DNA of 64,000 bases from Minisyncoccota bacterium. Its GTDB lineage: Bacteria; Patescibacteriota; Minisyncoccia; Phycocordibacterales; Phycocordibacteraceae. The notes beneath the pieces were generated by a model, which searched no databases, was not told the origin of the DNA, and saw only the letters and a list, made by a program, of their open reading frames with translations. Below are positions 39,052-49,336 of this stretch, one piece after another (the stretch's first letter is position 1; every line of letters begins with the position of its first letter). Location: positions 2,157 to 66,156 of the forward strand of contig JBAZRE010000003.1 in NCBI GenBank assembly GCA_041663025.1, read 5' to 3'. A program made the translations under genes and the position numbers.

Positions 39052-40929
39052 ATGCCAACGTTCCCCGAAGATGATACCGGTTCGCTTGAGAAGGCACGAG
39101 CGCGTTTGTATACACCTGGCACACAACAACAAAGTTCGCGCATGCCGCTTTCTGTATCTAAGGAGCGCACACTCCAGCACATGTGGAAAGGAACGTCAGG
39201 AAACACGCCATATTTTGGCAAGCGACATATGCGGCTCGCAAGTGTCTTCTTCACCGCCGCATTTCTTTTCTTCATCGTATCGCTTGGTGTCGCAGGGTAC
39301 CTTCTCTATTACGGCGGTAATGCGGTATCGATCGACAAAGTATCAGTTGATATCCAGGGCCCAACCACGATTGCTGGAGGCGATACAGTTCCACTCTCCC
39401 TTATCATCACAAATAAGAATGCCGTTGCAGTCGAAAACGCTACTATTGAAATTGATTTTCCTGATGGGACACGGAGCGCAGCTGACGTGCAGAACACCTA
39501 TCCTCGCTACATAGAGAATCTTGGAACACTCGCGAGTGGGGCAACGGTGACTCGTTCGGTGAAAGTCATCTTATTCGGTGGCGCTGGAGAGGCATTGACA
39601 CTGCCGGTCTCTCTATCTTATGGAACGGCCGCTTCAAATGCGGTGTTTGTGAAAAAGACCTCGTATGCACTCGCAGTTTCCTCGACACCACTCTCGGTCT
39701 CCGTTGATGCGCCGACCGAGATTGTCGCTGGCAAACCATTCACGCTCACGCTCACTGCTCGCAGCAACGCGACCGTACCGTTGAATAATGTAGTACTCGC
39801 TGGAGCGTTCCCATTCGGTTTTTCAGTTACTTCATCTTCAGTTCCTCTCACTGACTCGAGCTTTTTGCTCGGAACACTTTCACCAAACACCAGCAAGATC
39901 GTTACATTGACGGGAGTGCTTATCGGTCAAGACAATGAGCAGCGAGTCTTTCATTTCACCATTGGAACAGCGAAGACCGCGGATGATTCTGAACTTGCCG
40001 TGACCTATCTGACTCAGGATGCGACAGTGACAGTTGCTTCTCCATTCATCAACACGACATTAGCGGTCAATGGTGACACCTCAGATACTGTTGTTGTAGG
40101 TCCCGGGAGTCGTCAGAGTGTGTCGGTCTCTTATACAAACACGCTTCCAATAAGCGTTATGAATGCAACAGTAGCTATCGCCATCTCCGGATCAGCGATT
40201 GACTACAGCAGTATTCAGACATCACGCGGTTTTTACCGTTCGAGTGACCACACGATTGTTTTCAGTCGGGATACCGACCCATCTCTCGCTACTCTCGCGC
40301 CAGGTGCTTCAGGTATCGGCGTGTTCACATTCTCGACACTCGCGTCTAGCATGCTCTCTGCATCACCGATGATAACGTTCACTGTTTCAGCATCTGGCAC
40401 ACAATCGGGGCAAACGAGTGCCACCGAGGACATGAGTGCCTCGACGATTAAAACGGTGAAAGTTGCGACATCTGTAGCTCTCACATCCTCATCTCTCCAT
40501 AACACGGGGTCTTTGAACAACATCGGTCCCATCCCACCGCGTGCTGATCAGGCGACGACCTACACTATCGTTTGGAATGTAAAGAATTCGGGGAGCTCTG
40601 TTGCAGGCGGCACAGTTTCAGCCACCCTTCCTAGCTATGTCTCCTATACCGGCGTGGCAACTGGAGGATTTTCTTATAACGAGAGCTCCCATTCTATGAC
40701 GTGGAGCACAGGCGATCTAGCACAGGGCACAACTGCGCAAGGGGCATTCCAAGTCTCTCTCACCCCATCTACTTCACAGAAGGGGATGGCGCCTATGATT
40801 GCAAGCGCAGCATCATTCTCGGGGTATGATCGTTTTGCTGGCGTGAAAGTCTCTGCGAGAGCGGATGCGGTGACGACAGAAACGAAGGAAGATCTTGGGT
40901 ATACCGGTGCGAACGCAATTGTGCAGTGA
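39052..40929 (+). CDS. Membrane-anchored beta-rich surface protein
   Basis: Single TM then S/T-rich Ig-like segments, GPIPPR...TTYTI.W. Confidence 0.7.
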   Translation: MPTFPEDDTGSLEKARARLYTPGTQQQSSRMPLSVSKERTLQHMWKGTSGNTPYFGKRHMRLASVFFTAAFLFFIVSLGVAGYLLYYGGNAVSIDKVSVDIQGPTTIAGGDTVPLSLIITNKNAVAVENATIEIDFPDGTRSAADVQNTYPRYIENLGTLASGATVTRSVKVILFGGAGEALTLPVSLSYGTAASNAVFVKKTSYALAVSSTPLSVSVDAPTEIVAGKPFTLTLTARSNATVPLNNVVLAGAFPFGFSVTSSSVPLTDSSFLLGTLSPNTSKIVTLTGVLIGQDNEQRVFHFTIGTAKTADDSELAVTYLTQDATVTVASPFINTTLAVNGDTSDTVVVGPGSRQSVSVSYTNTLPISVMNATVAIAISGSAIDYSSIQTSRGFYRSSDHTIVFSRDTDPSLATLAPGASGIGVFTFSTLASSMLSASPMITFTVSASGTQSGQTSATEDMSASTIKTVKVATSVALTSSSLHNTGSLNNIGPIPPRADQATTYTIVWNVKNSGSSVAGGTVSATLPSYVSYTGVATGGFSYNESSHSMTWSTGDLAQGTTAQGAFQVSLTPSTSQKGMAPMIASAASFSGYDRFAGVKVSARADAVTTETKEDLGYTGANAIVQ

Positions 40930-41069
40930 GCACGATAAAAAATCCTCATCTGCTGCGTTATGGGTCCCAATGATTTTTTCCGTCGTACCTCTGGTACGCC
41001 TCCAAAAATCATTTGCCCATGCCTTGCATCTAAGGGCTTTTTACCGCACTCTATAGTATATAACTCTAT

Positions 41070-42470
41070 ATGACTGACTCAAACTTGATGGAAAAAATAG
41101 TCTCGCTCTGCAAGCGTCGCGGATTCGTGTTTCCCTCATCTGACATATATGGAGGATTCGCTGGTGTGTATGACTTCGGTCCACTTGGCGTCGAACTCGA
41201 GAATAATCTCAAGGCACAGTGGTGGCGCAAGATGGTATATGAGCGAGACGATATTGTCGGGCTCGATTCGAGTATCTTCATGCATCCAAAGATTTGGGAG
41301 GCAAGTGGGCATACGAATGGATTTTCTGATCCTATGGCGGAGTGCAAAGATTGCAATACTCGCATCCGTGTCGATAAGGCGCTTGAATCCATCGGCATTA
41401 CTGCTGACGAGAAGATGAGCGAGAACGAGATAAACGATCTCTTTGATGCACATCGAAAAGAAATTGCTTGTGAGAAATGTGGAAATCACAATTTCTCGAA
41501 TGCGCGGAAATTTAATTTGCTCGTGCAATCAAATCTCGGTGACTTCACTGAGCAGGGTACCAATCCTTCGTATCTGCGCGGAGAAACATGCCAGGGTATT
41601 TATGTAAATTATAAAAACGTGCTTGATTCAAATCCGATGAAATTGCCGTTTGGCATCGCACAGATCGGGAAAGCATTTCGAAATGAGATATCACCGCGGC
41701 AATTCCTCTTCCGCACACGTGAGTTTGAGCAGATGGAAATGCAGTATTTCACGCGACCAGAACAGGAAATGGAGGAATATAAAAAACTAAAAGAATATCG
41801 TTGGAATGCAGTTCTAGATCTTGGTCTGCAAGAAAAGAATCTTCGCTGGAAACAGCATGAAAATCTCGTGTTTTATGCGAAGGACGCGTGGGACATCGAA
41901 TACGCATTCCCTTGGGGCTTTGATGAACTTGAGGGTGTTCATGCGCGTGGCGACTATGATCTCACACAGCATTCAAAAGGGAGTGGAAAGACACTTGATT
42001 ATTTTGACCAAGATACCAATGAGCGTTTCATCCCGCACATCATAGAATCTTCTGGAGGTGTTGGGCGCTTATTCCTCGCAGTGCTCACTGATGCATATCG
42101 CGAAGATGAGTTGGGTGGAGAGGTGCGCACCTATCTCGCGCTCGCGCCGAAGATCGCGCCGGTGAAGGCGATGGTCTCGCCGCTTTTGAAAAATAAACCA
42201 GAGCTCGTCGAGAAGGCGCGCGAGGTGCGCACGGAACTACAGAAAATTCATCCAGCCATCGCGTGGGACGACAACGGCAATATCGGCAAGCGTTATCGCC
42301 GTCAAGATGAGATCGGTACACCATTCTGCATCACAATCGACTTCGACACTTTGGGAGAAAACCCAGAATTAACAGACACTGTCACTCTGCGTCATCGCGA
42401 CACCGGCGAACAAGAACGTCTTACCATTTCTCAAATACTTGACAAGATAAAAGAAGCGTGTATACTTTAA
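41070..42470 (+). CDS. glyQS: Glycine--tRNA ligase (alpha2 type)
   Basis: KRRGF, YDFGPLG, WEASGH, LRGETCQG, FRTREFEQME, IGKRYRRQDEIGTP. Confidence 0.96.
   Translation: MTDSNLMEKIVSLCKRRGFVFPSSDIYGGFAGVYDFGPLGVELENNLKAQWWRKMVYERDDIVGLDSSIFMHPKIWEASGHTNGFSDPMAECKDCNTRIRVDKALESIGITADEKMSENEINDLFDAHRKEIACEKCGNHNFSNARKFNLLVQSNLGDFTEQGTNPSYLRGETCQGIYVNYKNVLDSNPMKLPFGIAQIGKAFRNEISPRQFLFRTREFEQMEMQYFTRPEQEMEEYKKLKEYRWNAVLDLGLQEKNLRWKQHENLVFYAKDAWDIEYAFPWGFDELEGVHARGDYDLTQHSKGSGKTLDYFDQDTNERFIPHIIESSGGVGRLFLAVLTDAYREDELGGEVRTYLALAPKIAPVKAMVSPLLKNKPELVEKAREVRTELQKIHPAIAWDDNGNIGKRYRRQDEIGTPFCITIDFDTLGENPELTDTVTLRHRDTGEQERLTISQILDKIKEACIL
42439..42466 (+). promoter_or_regulatory. Sigma70-like promoter of the DGR2 target gene, overlapping the glyQS 3' end
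   Basis: TTGACA-16nt-TATACT. Confidence 0.65.
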
Positions 42471-42553
42471 TATAGACAGTACGTTGAAAGGTGCAAGAGG
42501 AATAATCCGCTTGCAAGACATGCATGCCCTGAGAAAGGGAAAGGAGAGCGGAA

Positions 42554-43252
42554 ATGAAGAAAGACATGTTAGGTTCGATAGTACGCGCGGCAGTGGGTGT
42601 CCCTCAAAATCGGCTTGAAGTGCTCGCCAAAATCGCGAGTGCGATCGCAGAGGACAACCCGAATGGCAACGAGTGGTTCTCTCGTTTCGAGAATCTACTC
42701 AAAGAAGAGTTGTCTTCTAAAACGGCAGTCGTATTCGAGCGCAATGAATATGGCCACATCGTGTTCACGATCACAGGTCTCGATCTCACTGGCGCACAAG
42801 AGATTACACGGCTCACGGATGCAAAGTATCGCATCGGCGACTACGCTAAGCAGATGCTCACGAGCACGAAGCCCGATGGGTATGATGCGAAGCATAGACT
42901 CGTCGCGGGGCAGTCGTACATGATCGTTCTCATTCCTGGTAAGGAGATTGAGAACGACTCCGGCCGCACGACTGCAAATCTGCAGAAGCTCGGTGAAAAG
43001 CTCGGCTACGACAAACCGCTTGCCGGAATCGTCCAGCGCATTCGCGAGGCGGTCTCTGACAAACAGATGGAAGAAATGGGGTTCTGGTATATCGCCGGGC
43101 TTCATAATCCCATCACGGGTGCCGATGGCCGCCCGGGCGTGCTGGGTGCGGGTCGCGACGATGATGGTCGTTGGCTCTTCGGCTATTGGGGCATTCCCGA
43201 TGGTCATTGGGACGGCGATGGCGCGTTCGCCTTCGTCCTCCCTGCAAGTTAG
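42554..43252 (+). CDS. DGR2 target (variable) protein with C-terminal VR
   Basis: 45 C-terminal codons match TR2 except at adenines; AAGGAG RBS. Confidence 0.93.
   Translation: MKKDMLGSIVRAAVGVPQNRLEVLAKIASAIAEDNPNGNEWFSRFENLLKEELSSKTAVVFERNEYGHIVFTITGLDLTGAQEITRLTDAKYRIGDYAKQMLTSTKPDGYDAKHRLVAGQSYMIVLIPGKEIENDSGRTTANLQKLGEKLGYDKPLAGIVQRIREAVSDKQMEEMGFWYIAGLHNPITGADGRPGVLGAGRDDDGRWLFGYWGIPDGHWDGDGAFAFVLPAS
43112..43247 (+). repeat. DGR2 variable repeat (VR2)
   Basis: 136 bp; 22 mismatches to TR2, all at TR adenines. Confidence 0.97.
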
Positions 43253-43300
43253 AACTTGTACCTTCGAATCTTAGGGCTTGCCCTTGGATTCTTAACTCTT

Positions 43301-43324
43301 AATCCCGCACTTTAGTGCGGGATT
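43301..43324 (+). other. Hairpin downstream of VR2
   Basis: AATCCCGCAC-TTTA-GTGCGGGATT, perfect 10-bp stem. Confidence 0.75.
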
Positions 43325-43578
43325 TTGTTATATTGAAAGAGGTAGTAGGTGAATACGCGGGCGATCACTAGAGCACTAGAGCAATCTTAGGTTTCTCGCT
43401 ACCGAGGCCAGTATCCGTACATTGAGAGCCTGTTAGATTACGGTTTAATAGGGGGGATGTATGCAGACACTTCAAAAATGAAGATACTTGGTGCGCTCGC
43501 TTGGTCCATTTCGATGGCAGATACGATTCAACTCGGAGAGTATTCTATGGGTGGTGGCATTGATGAGCGAGCGTACAA

Positions 43579-43714
43579 ATCACGGATGCCGATGGCAACC
43601 CGAACGTGCTGAATGCGAATCGCAACGATGATGGTCAATGGCTCAACAGCTATTGGGACAATCCCGATAATCATTGGAACGACAATGGCGCGTTCGCCTT
43701 CGTCCTCCCTGCAA
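43579..43714 (+). repeat. DGR2 template repeat (TR2)
   Basis: AAC/AAT-rich copy of VR2. Confidence 0.97.
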
Positions 43715-43726
43715 CTCTCTTCATTT

Positions 43727-43763
43727 CTCGCTCGTACCTCACGGCACGAGCGAGTTTTGTTTT
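43727..43763 (+). terminator. Hairpin plus T-run just 3' of TR2
   Basis: CTCGCTCGT...ACGAGCGAG followed by TTTTGTTTT. Confidence 0.6.
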
Positions 43764-44133
43764 GTGAGCTGACCATTCCAACCGCCAAGCATCTTGCCGA
43801 TTTCTTCGAGCGGAATGGAGAGTGCAACATATTCTTTCGTCTCAAGCGATTTGGTCTCCCAGAGAATCAACAGAAATATTTTCAACGTTTCAAGCTTGCG
43901 TATGGCGAGCCGCACCCATGGTTGCTTCTCGGTTTTTGAGAGGAATGTTGCGCTCGCGACTGCCTCAATCAGTGTGACAAATTCTGCATCTATCTTGCCA
44001 CCGAGCGTATAGCGATGAGTCTTAGGGATTGTCTGATAAAATGTATACCATAGGATATACGCATGCTTAATTCTCTCCAAAACAGGCAAGAGCTTCTGGG
44101 GGGGGGGTTACTTCTAGGAAGAAATTCACTCAT
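43739..44133 (-). CDS. avd: DGR2 Avd-like protein; ATG at 44133 is out of frame at C10 (ORF track starts at TTG 44089)
   Basis: PKTHRYTLGGKI...LETLKIFL..LWE...EEIGKMLGGW. Confidence 0.88.
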
Positions 44134-45126
44134 TCATCCGAGCATATCATTTCAGTTGAAAATTTACTCGGAGCGTGGCAAGAATTTATAAGGGGCAAAC
44201 GCAAACGTGATGACGTACAAGAATTCGAACGGTATTTGATGCACAATGTTTTAGAATTGCATCGCGAGCTTGCTGCTGGCACCTATAAACACGGCGGCTA
44301 CCATCACTTTAAGATCAGCGACCCGAAACCACGCGATATTCATAAAGCGAGCGTGCGAGATCGGCTCATTCATCACGCTCTCTATCGCCAACTTTATCCA
44401 TTCTTTGACCGTACATTCATACTAGACTCGTATTCGTGCCGCCTCAACAGAGGCACTCATCGGGCGATGAACCGCTTTCGAGCTTTCGCATATCAAGTAT
44501 CTAAAAACGACACGTGCACTTGCTGGGTTCTCAAATGCGATATACGAAAGTTCTTCGCTTCCATCGATCAAGAAATATTGATGGAGATTATTAGTACCTA
44601 TATATCAGATAAACGCATCTGTGTACTTATCCAAAATATCATCACCAGCTTCAACTCTTGTGCAACAAGGAAGGGTTTGCCACTCGGGAACCTTACCTCG
44701 CAACTGCTTGTGAATATCTATATGGGTGAATTTGACCAGTTTGTTAAACATAAACTAAAAGTGAAGTATTATATCCGCTACGCAGACGACTTTGTGATTC
44801 TTTCTGCTAACAAAAATTATTTGTTGCGAGTACTACCATATATGGAAGCATTTTTGCATGACCAACTAAAGCTCAGTCTGCATCCAGACAAAGTATTCAT
44901 AAGAACCCTTGCCTCAGGGATTGATTTTCTTGGTTGGATGCATCGCCCCAATTATCGCGTATTACGGACGGCAACCAAAAATAGGATGTTCCGCACGATC
45001 AAAAAGAGCGAAGGGAAGCCTGAAGTGCTGCACTCTTATCTTGGCATGTTGAGTCATGGAAACACACAGAGACTTCAAGAGAAAGCAATTTCTTTCGCAA
45101 ATATGCTAGGATGCCCGTATGGATAA
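44063..45126 (+). CDS. DGR2 reverse transcriptase; ATG at 44063 is frameshifted at G10 (ORF track starts at TTG 44236)
   Basis: GLPLGNLTSQ, YIRYADD, GIDFLG; close paralog of RT1. Confidence 0.95.
44098..44107. repeat. G10 homopolymer in the avd/RT overlap
   Basis: AGCTTCT-G10-TTACTTCTAGGAAGAAATTCACTCAT. Confidence 0.9.
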
Positions 45127-46132
45127 GGAAATGCGGATATCTATCACCGCGAATACCATTACCACCGCGCTGTTTATCGTCGTTGGGGCATACGTGCTCT
45201 GGCTCTTGCGCGACCTCGTGCTCCTAGTGCTCACTGCCATTGTTATAGCCTCAGCCATTGAGCCATGGATCGCCTTCTTGATTCGGAGACACATCCCACG
45301 TTTCTTTTCGGCAATCTTGGTGTATGTGCTCCTCTTAGGTTCGATTTTTTCGCTACTCTATTTCTTCTTCCCGCCGATTATCGCGGATGCGGCAAACATG
45401 TTCTCAGCAATGCCGCAGTATCTCGATACGCTCAATGTCCCCAGTTCTCTATCTGGGATTACCAATACACTGCTCTCATTCCAAGCCATCTTTTCTGCGG
45501 ATTCGATGGGTGTGTTGCAGCTCCTCATTACATTCTTTGGTAGCATCTCAGCGTTGATGCTAATCGTCGTGCTCTCATTCTATTTTGCACTGCAGGATAC
45601 CGGAGTTGATGATTTTCTTCGTTTCGTGATGCCTGTCGCCTATGAGGACTACTCTGTTGACCTCTGGAGAAGGTCGCAAAAGAAAATAGGGCTATGGATG
45701 CAAGGGCAAATCCTTCTCTCGGTTCTTGTCGGCATACTCGTCTACCTCGGCCTTCTTATTATCGGCATTCCGTACGCGTTGCTGCTCTCTGTCTTCACCG
45801 CGCTGGCAGAAATCATCCCCATCTTCGGCGCTTTGATTGCCGGCGTGGTGGCGGTCGCTGTCGGATATTCTGACGGTGGTGTTGCACTCGGCGCGATTGT
45901 CGCCGGCCTTTTCATCGTGGTCAACCAATTTGAGGCCAATCTTATCTACCCGCTTATTGTGAAGAAAGTCGTCGGCGTCCCACCGCTCTTGGTCATCATT
46001 GCGCTCATCGCAGGTTACACGCTTGCCGGATTCTTGGGGGCCCTTCTCTCGGTGCCGGTCGCGGCGGTTATGCTTGAGTTCATCTCGGACTTCGATAAAC
46101 GCAAGCGCCGCATTCATCACGCGCAGACTTAA
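45119..46132 (+). CDS. AI-2E family transporter
   Basis: Multi-TM; W..GQ, EIIPIFG, QFEANLIYP..V..P. Confidence 0.9.
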   Translation: MDKEMRISITANTITTALFIVVGAYVLWLLRDLVLLVLTAIVIASAIEPWIAFLIRRHIPRFFSAILVYVLLLGSIFSLLYFFFPPIIADAANMFSAMPQYLDTLNVPSSLSGITNTLLSFQAIFSADSMGVLQLLITFFGSISALMLIVVLSFYFALQDTGVDDFLRFVMPVAYEDYSVDLWRRSQKKIGLWMQGQILLSVLVGILVYLGLLIIGIPYALLLSVFTALAEIIPIFGALIAGVVAVAVGYSDGGVALGAIVAGLFIVVNQFEANLIYPLIVKKVVGVPPLLVIIALIAGYTLAGFLGALLSVPVAAVMLEFISDFDKRKRRIHHAQT

Positions 46133-46137
46133 TAACC

Positions 46138-47550
46138 ATGAGTGCGCGCTACATCACCACCACGCTGCCATATGTGAACGCGAGCCCGCATATCGGCTTC
46201 GCGCTCGAGCTTGTACAGGCAGACGCGCTCGCACGCACGTGGCGCAATGATGGAGAGGAAGTATTTTTTTCGACTGGCACTGATGAACATGGACAGAAGA
46301 TATTTGAAGCTGCAGAGAAGTCAGGGCAAGATCCACAAGCATACGTGGATCAGTATGCCGCTGAGTTTGAGAAGTTAAAGAGCGCGCTCGATATCAGTTA
46401 TGATTCGTTCATTCGGACGACGAGCCCAATGCACAGCAAAGCAGTACAAGAAATGTGGCGCCGCTGTGCAGAAAGGGGTGATATTTATAAAAAAGAATAT
46501 GAGGGGTTGTATTGTGTTGGACACGAAGCTTTTGTGACCGAGAAGGATCTCGTTGGCGGGATGTGTGTCGATCATGGTACAAAACCAGAGCTCTTGAAAG
46601 AGACGAATTACTTTTTCAAATTTTCAAATTACCAAGATCGCCTTATCCAATATTTGGAACAGCCGGGAGTTATTGTGCCAGAATGGCGACGATCCGAGGC
46701 GATTAATTTTGTAAAAAGTGGCCTTGAAGATTTCAGTATTTCTCGTGAGAAGGCACGCCTCACATGGGGGATCCCTGTGCCGGGAGATGATTCGCAAGTG
46801 ATGTATGTGTGGTTTGACGCACTCACGAACTACATCTCTACTCTCGGCTGGCCATCTGACGCGGAGGGGAATTTTAAGAAGTTTTGGGTTGAAGGTAACA
46901 CACTACAAATAGCAGGGAAGGACCAAGTGCGCTTCCAGTCACTCATGTGGCAGGCGATGCTCATGTCTGCCGAGATAAGAAATACCGACACGATCTTTTA
47001 TCACGGATTTATCAACTCGTCGGGTGGACAGAAGATGAGCAAATCGCTCGGGAACGTCATTAGTCCCTATGACTTGGTGAAGAAATATGGCACCGATGCC
47101 ACACGCTACATACTCTTGCGGCACATCCATCCAACAGAAGATTCTGATGTAACTTGGGAACGCCTTGATGAATGGTATACGGCGAATCTCACCAATGGCC
47201 TTGGTAATCTTGTCGCGCGCGTGATGAAACTTTCAGAAAGTCATCTAGACTCATATTCTGTAATTAATCCACGAGAGGACTTAGTAGCACTTGAGCAGTT
47301 TAACTTCCAGGGCGCGATGGACAGTATTTGGGCTCGCATACAGAAACTTGATCAAGAAATTACAGAAAAAGAACCGTTCAAAATAATTAAATCAGACCCA
47401 GAAAAGGGAAAGCAGATCATTGATAATTTAAGAACAGAATTGTTTTTTATCGCGCATACGCTCAAAGCATATATGCCAAAGACTAGCGAAACGATAGAAA
47501 TGGCTGTGCTTGAAAATAAAAAACCCGAGAATCTTTTCCCGAGGTTATGA
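46138..47550 (+). CDS. metG: Methionine--tRNA ligase (lacks C-terminal OB domain)
   Basis: YITTTLPYVN..HIGF, GTDEHGQK, YVWFDAL, KMSKSLGN. Confidence 0.96.
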   Translation: MSARYITTTLPYVNASPHIGFALELVQADALARTWRNDGEEVFFSTGTDEHGQKIFEAAEKSGQDPQAYVDQYAAEFEKLKSALDISYDSFIRTTSPMHSKAVQEMWRRCAERGDIYKKEYEGLYCVGHEAFVTEKDLVGGMCVDHGTKPELLKETNYFFKFSNYQDRLIQYLEQPGVIVPEWRRSEAINFVKSGLEDFSISREKARLTWGIPVPGDDSQVMYVWFDALTNYISTLGWPSDAEGNFKKFWVEGNTLQIAGKDQVRFQSLMWQAMLMSAEIRNTDTIFYHGFINSSGGQKMSKSLGNVISPYDLVKKYGTDATRYILLRHIHPTEDSDVTWERLDEWYTANLTNGLGNLVARVMKLSESHLDSYSVINPREDLVALEQFNFQGAMDSIWARIQKLDQEITEKEPFKIIKSDPEKGKQIIDNLRTELFFIAHTLKAYMPKTSETIEMAVLENKKPENLFPRL

Positions 47551-48329
47551 TTCCAAAATATATTGATGCACACTGCCACTTACAATTTGAGCAGTATGCG
47601 CAGGACAGGGATGAAATAATAGAGAAAATGCGCAAAGAGGGGATTGGAGCCATTGTCGTCGGCACTGACCTTGCGTCATCACAAGAGGCGATCGCGCTCG
47701 CGGAGAAATATGAGCATTTGTATGCTTCTGTTGGTTTGCATCCGAGCCACGCCACACAAAAAGATTTCAATATAGAAAAATTTAAAAAACTTGCACAGCA
47801 TTCTAAAGTGGTTGCGGTCGGGGAATGCGGCCTAGATTATTTCCACACAGAGAAAAACGATCAGCAGGAAGAGATTTTAAAAAAACATATTACCCTTGCT
47901 GCAGAGCTGGAGAAACCGCTCATTATTCATGCGCGTTCAAGTACAACAGAGAACGCCTATCAAGACTTAATTCAAATTCTTAAAAAAGTAAAAATAGAAT
48001 ATCCAAACCTGCGCGGAGACATCCACTTCTTCTCTGGCAGTCTCGCCGAAGCTCAAACGCTCATTGCACTTGATTTCACCATTTCATTTACCGCCGTTAT
48101 CACCTTTGCACGCACATATGATGAAATTATAAAAGCGGTTCCGATCGCGAGTATTCTCTCAGAGACTGACGCTCCGTATGTGGCGCCCGCTTCTCGTCGC
48201 GGGCAGCGCAACGACCCTCTCGCGATTGTTGAGGTTGTCGCGATGATTGCGAGCATTAGGGGTGAGGATCTCGAGGGTGTCCGGGCGGCACTTTTGGCCA
48301 GCGCCCAGCGCCTGTTGCGGTGGTCGTAA
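47547..48329 (+). CDS. TatD family hydrolase
   Basis: DAHCHL, GLHP, GECGLDY, IIHAR, ETDAPY. Confidence 0.95.
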   Translation: MIPKYIDAHCHLQFEQYAQDRDEIIEKMRKEGIGAIVVGTDLASSQEAIALAEKYEHLYASVGLHPSHATQKDFNIEKFKKLAQHSKVVAVGECGLDYFHTEKNDQQEEILKKHITLAAELEKPLIIHARSSTTENAYQDLIQILKKVKIEYPNLRGDIHFFSGSLAEAQTLIALDFTISFTAVITFARTYDEIIKAVPIASILSETDAPYVAPASRRGQRNDPLAIVEVVAMIASIRGEDLEGVRAALLASAQRLLRWS

Positions 48330-48352
48330 TCTCGTGCTAAGGTGCCATTATT

Positions 48353-48838
48353 ATGGCGAAAAAGGAAATGGAAATAGACGAGCAAGAAATCCTCGAAGAT
48401 AGCGCAGAGCCGCGCGTCTACGAGCTCGGTTTTCACCTCGACCCGGAACTCCCTTCTGAAGAGGTGAAGAAGGCGTATCAGGCAATAAAGGGGCTTATCG
48501 CGAGCAAGGGAACGCTCATTGCAGAGGGTGAGCCGCAGTCAATACCGCTTGCGTACACAATCTCTCTTCAAGAGACATCTGGTCGTCGCGACTTTGACTC
48601 CGCTCACTTCTGCTGGATTGTCTACGAGACATCAGCGCTTTCTCATGCAGAGCTACTGGGTGCAGCAGGTGCCGACAAACACATCATCCGCTTTATTGAT
48701 CTATTGACGACGAAGGACGCAGCTCGTCATGCGGTTGAGATCCGCGAGTTTTCACTCAAGGCGCCAGAGAGAACAAAAGATCCAGAGGCGACTATTGGTG
48801 TCGAGCTTGATGCTGCACTTGAGCACGCTGCGGTATAA
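48353..48838 (+). CDS. rpsF: 30S ribosomal protein S6
   Basis: YELGF, LAYTI, IIRF; rpsF-ssb-rpsR synteny. Confidence 0.88.
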   Translation: MAKKEMEIDEQEILEDSAEPRVYELGFHLDPELPSEEVKKAYQAIKGLIASKGTLIAEGEPQSIPLAYTISLQETSGRRDFDSAHFCWIVYETSALSHAELLGAAGADKHIIRFIDLLTTKDAARHAVEIREFSLKAPERTKDPEATIGVELDAALEHAAV

Positions 48839-48846
48839 TCACTATC

Positions 48847-49296
48847 ATGTACCTCAACAAAGTATTTCTCTACGGCAATCTTACCCGCGACCCAGAGCTC
48901 AAGGCGCTTCCTTCTGGTGGGCAGGTGGTGAATTTCGGTCTCGCGACGAATCGCACCTACAAAGACAAGAGTGGAGCAAAACAAGAATCAACAGAGTTTC
49001 ATAATGTTGTTGCATTCGGTCGCACCGCAGAAGTCATCGCACAGTATGTAAAGAAAGGCCGCCCCATTTTCATTGAGGGGCGCATTCAGACACGATCATG
49101 GGATGGTAAAGAAGATGGGAAGAAGCAATACCGCACCGAGATTATCGCTGAGACCTTCCAGTTTGGCGCTGACGCGAAGGGTGGTGGTGATTCTACTAGC
49201 CACCGATCTTCGTCTGGAGAACAGACAGCACCTAAAGATGCGAATGAAATTCAGTATCCCGACGAAGAGATAAATCCGGAAGACATTCCGTTTTAG
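48847..49296 (+). CDS. ssb: Single-stranded DNA-binding protein
   Basis: NKVFLYGNLTRDPE, EGRIQTRSW, C-terminal DIPF. Confidence 0.97.
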   Translation: MYLNKVFLYGNLTRDPELKALPSGGQVVNFGLATNRTYKDKSGAKQESTEFHNVVAFGRTAEVIAQYVKKGRPIFIEGRIQTRSWDGKEDGKKQYRTEIIAETFQFGADAKGGGDSTSHRSSSGEQTAPKDANEIQYPDEEINPEDIPF

Positions 49297-49336
49297 TATC
49301 CCTTTATACCTTATACTTACCCCTTAATACTTTTGT

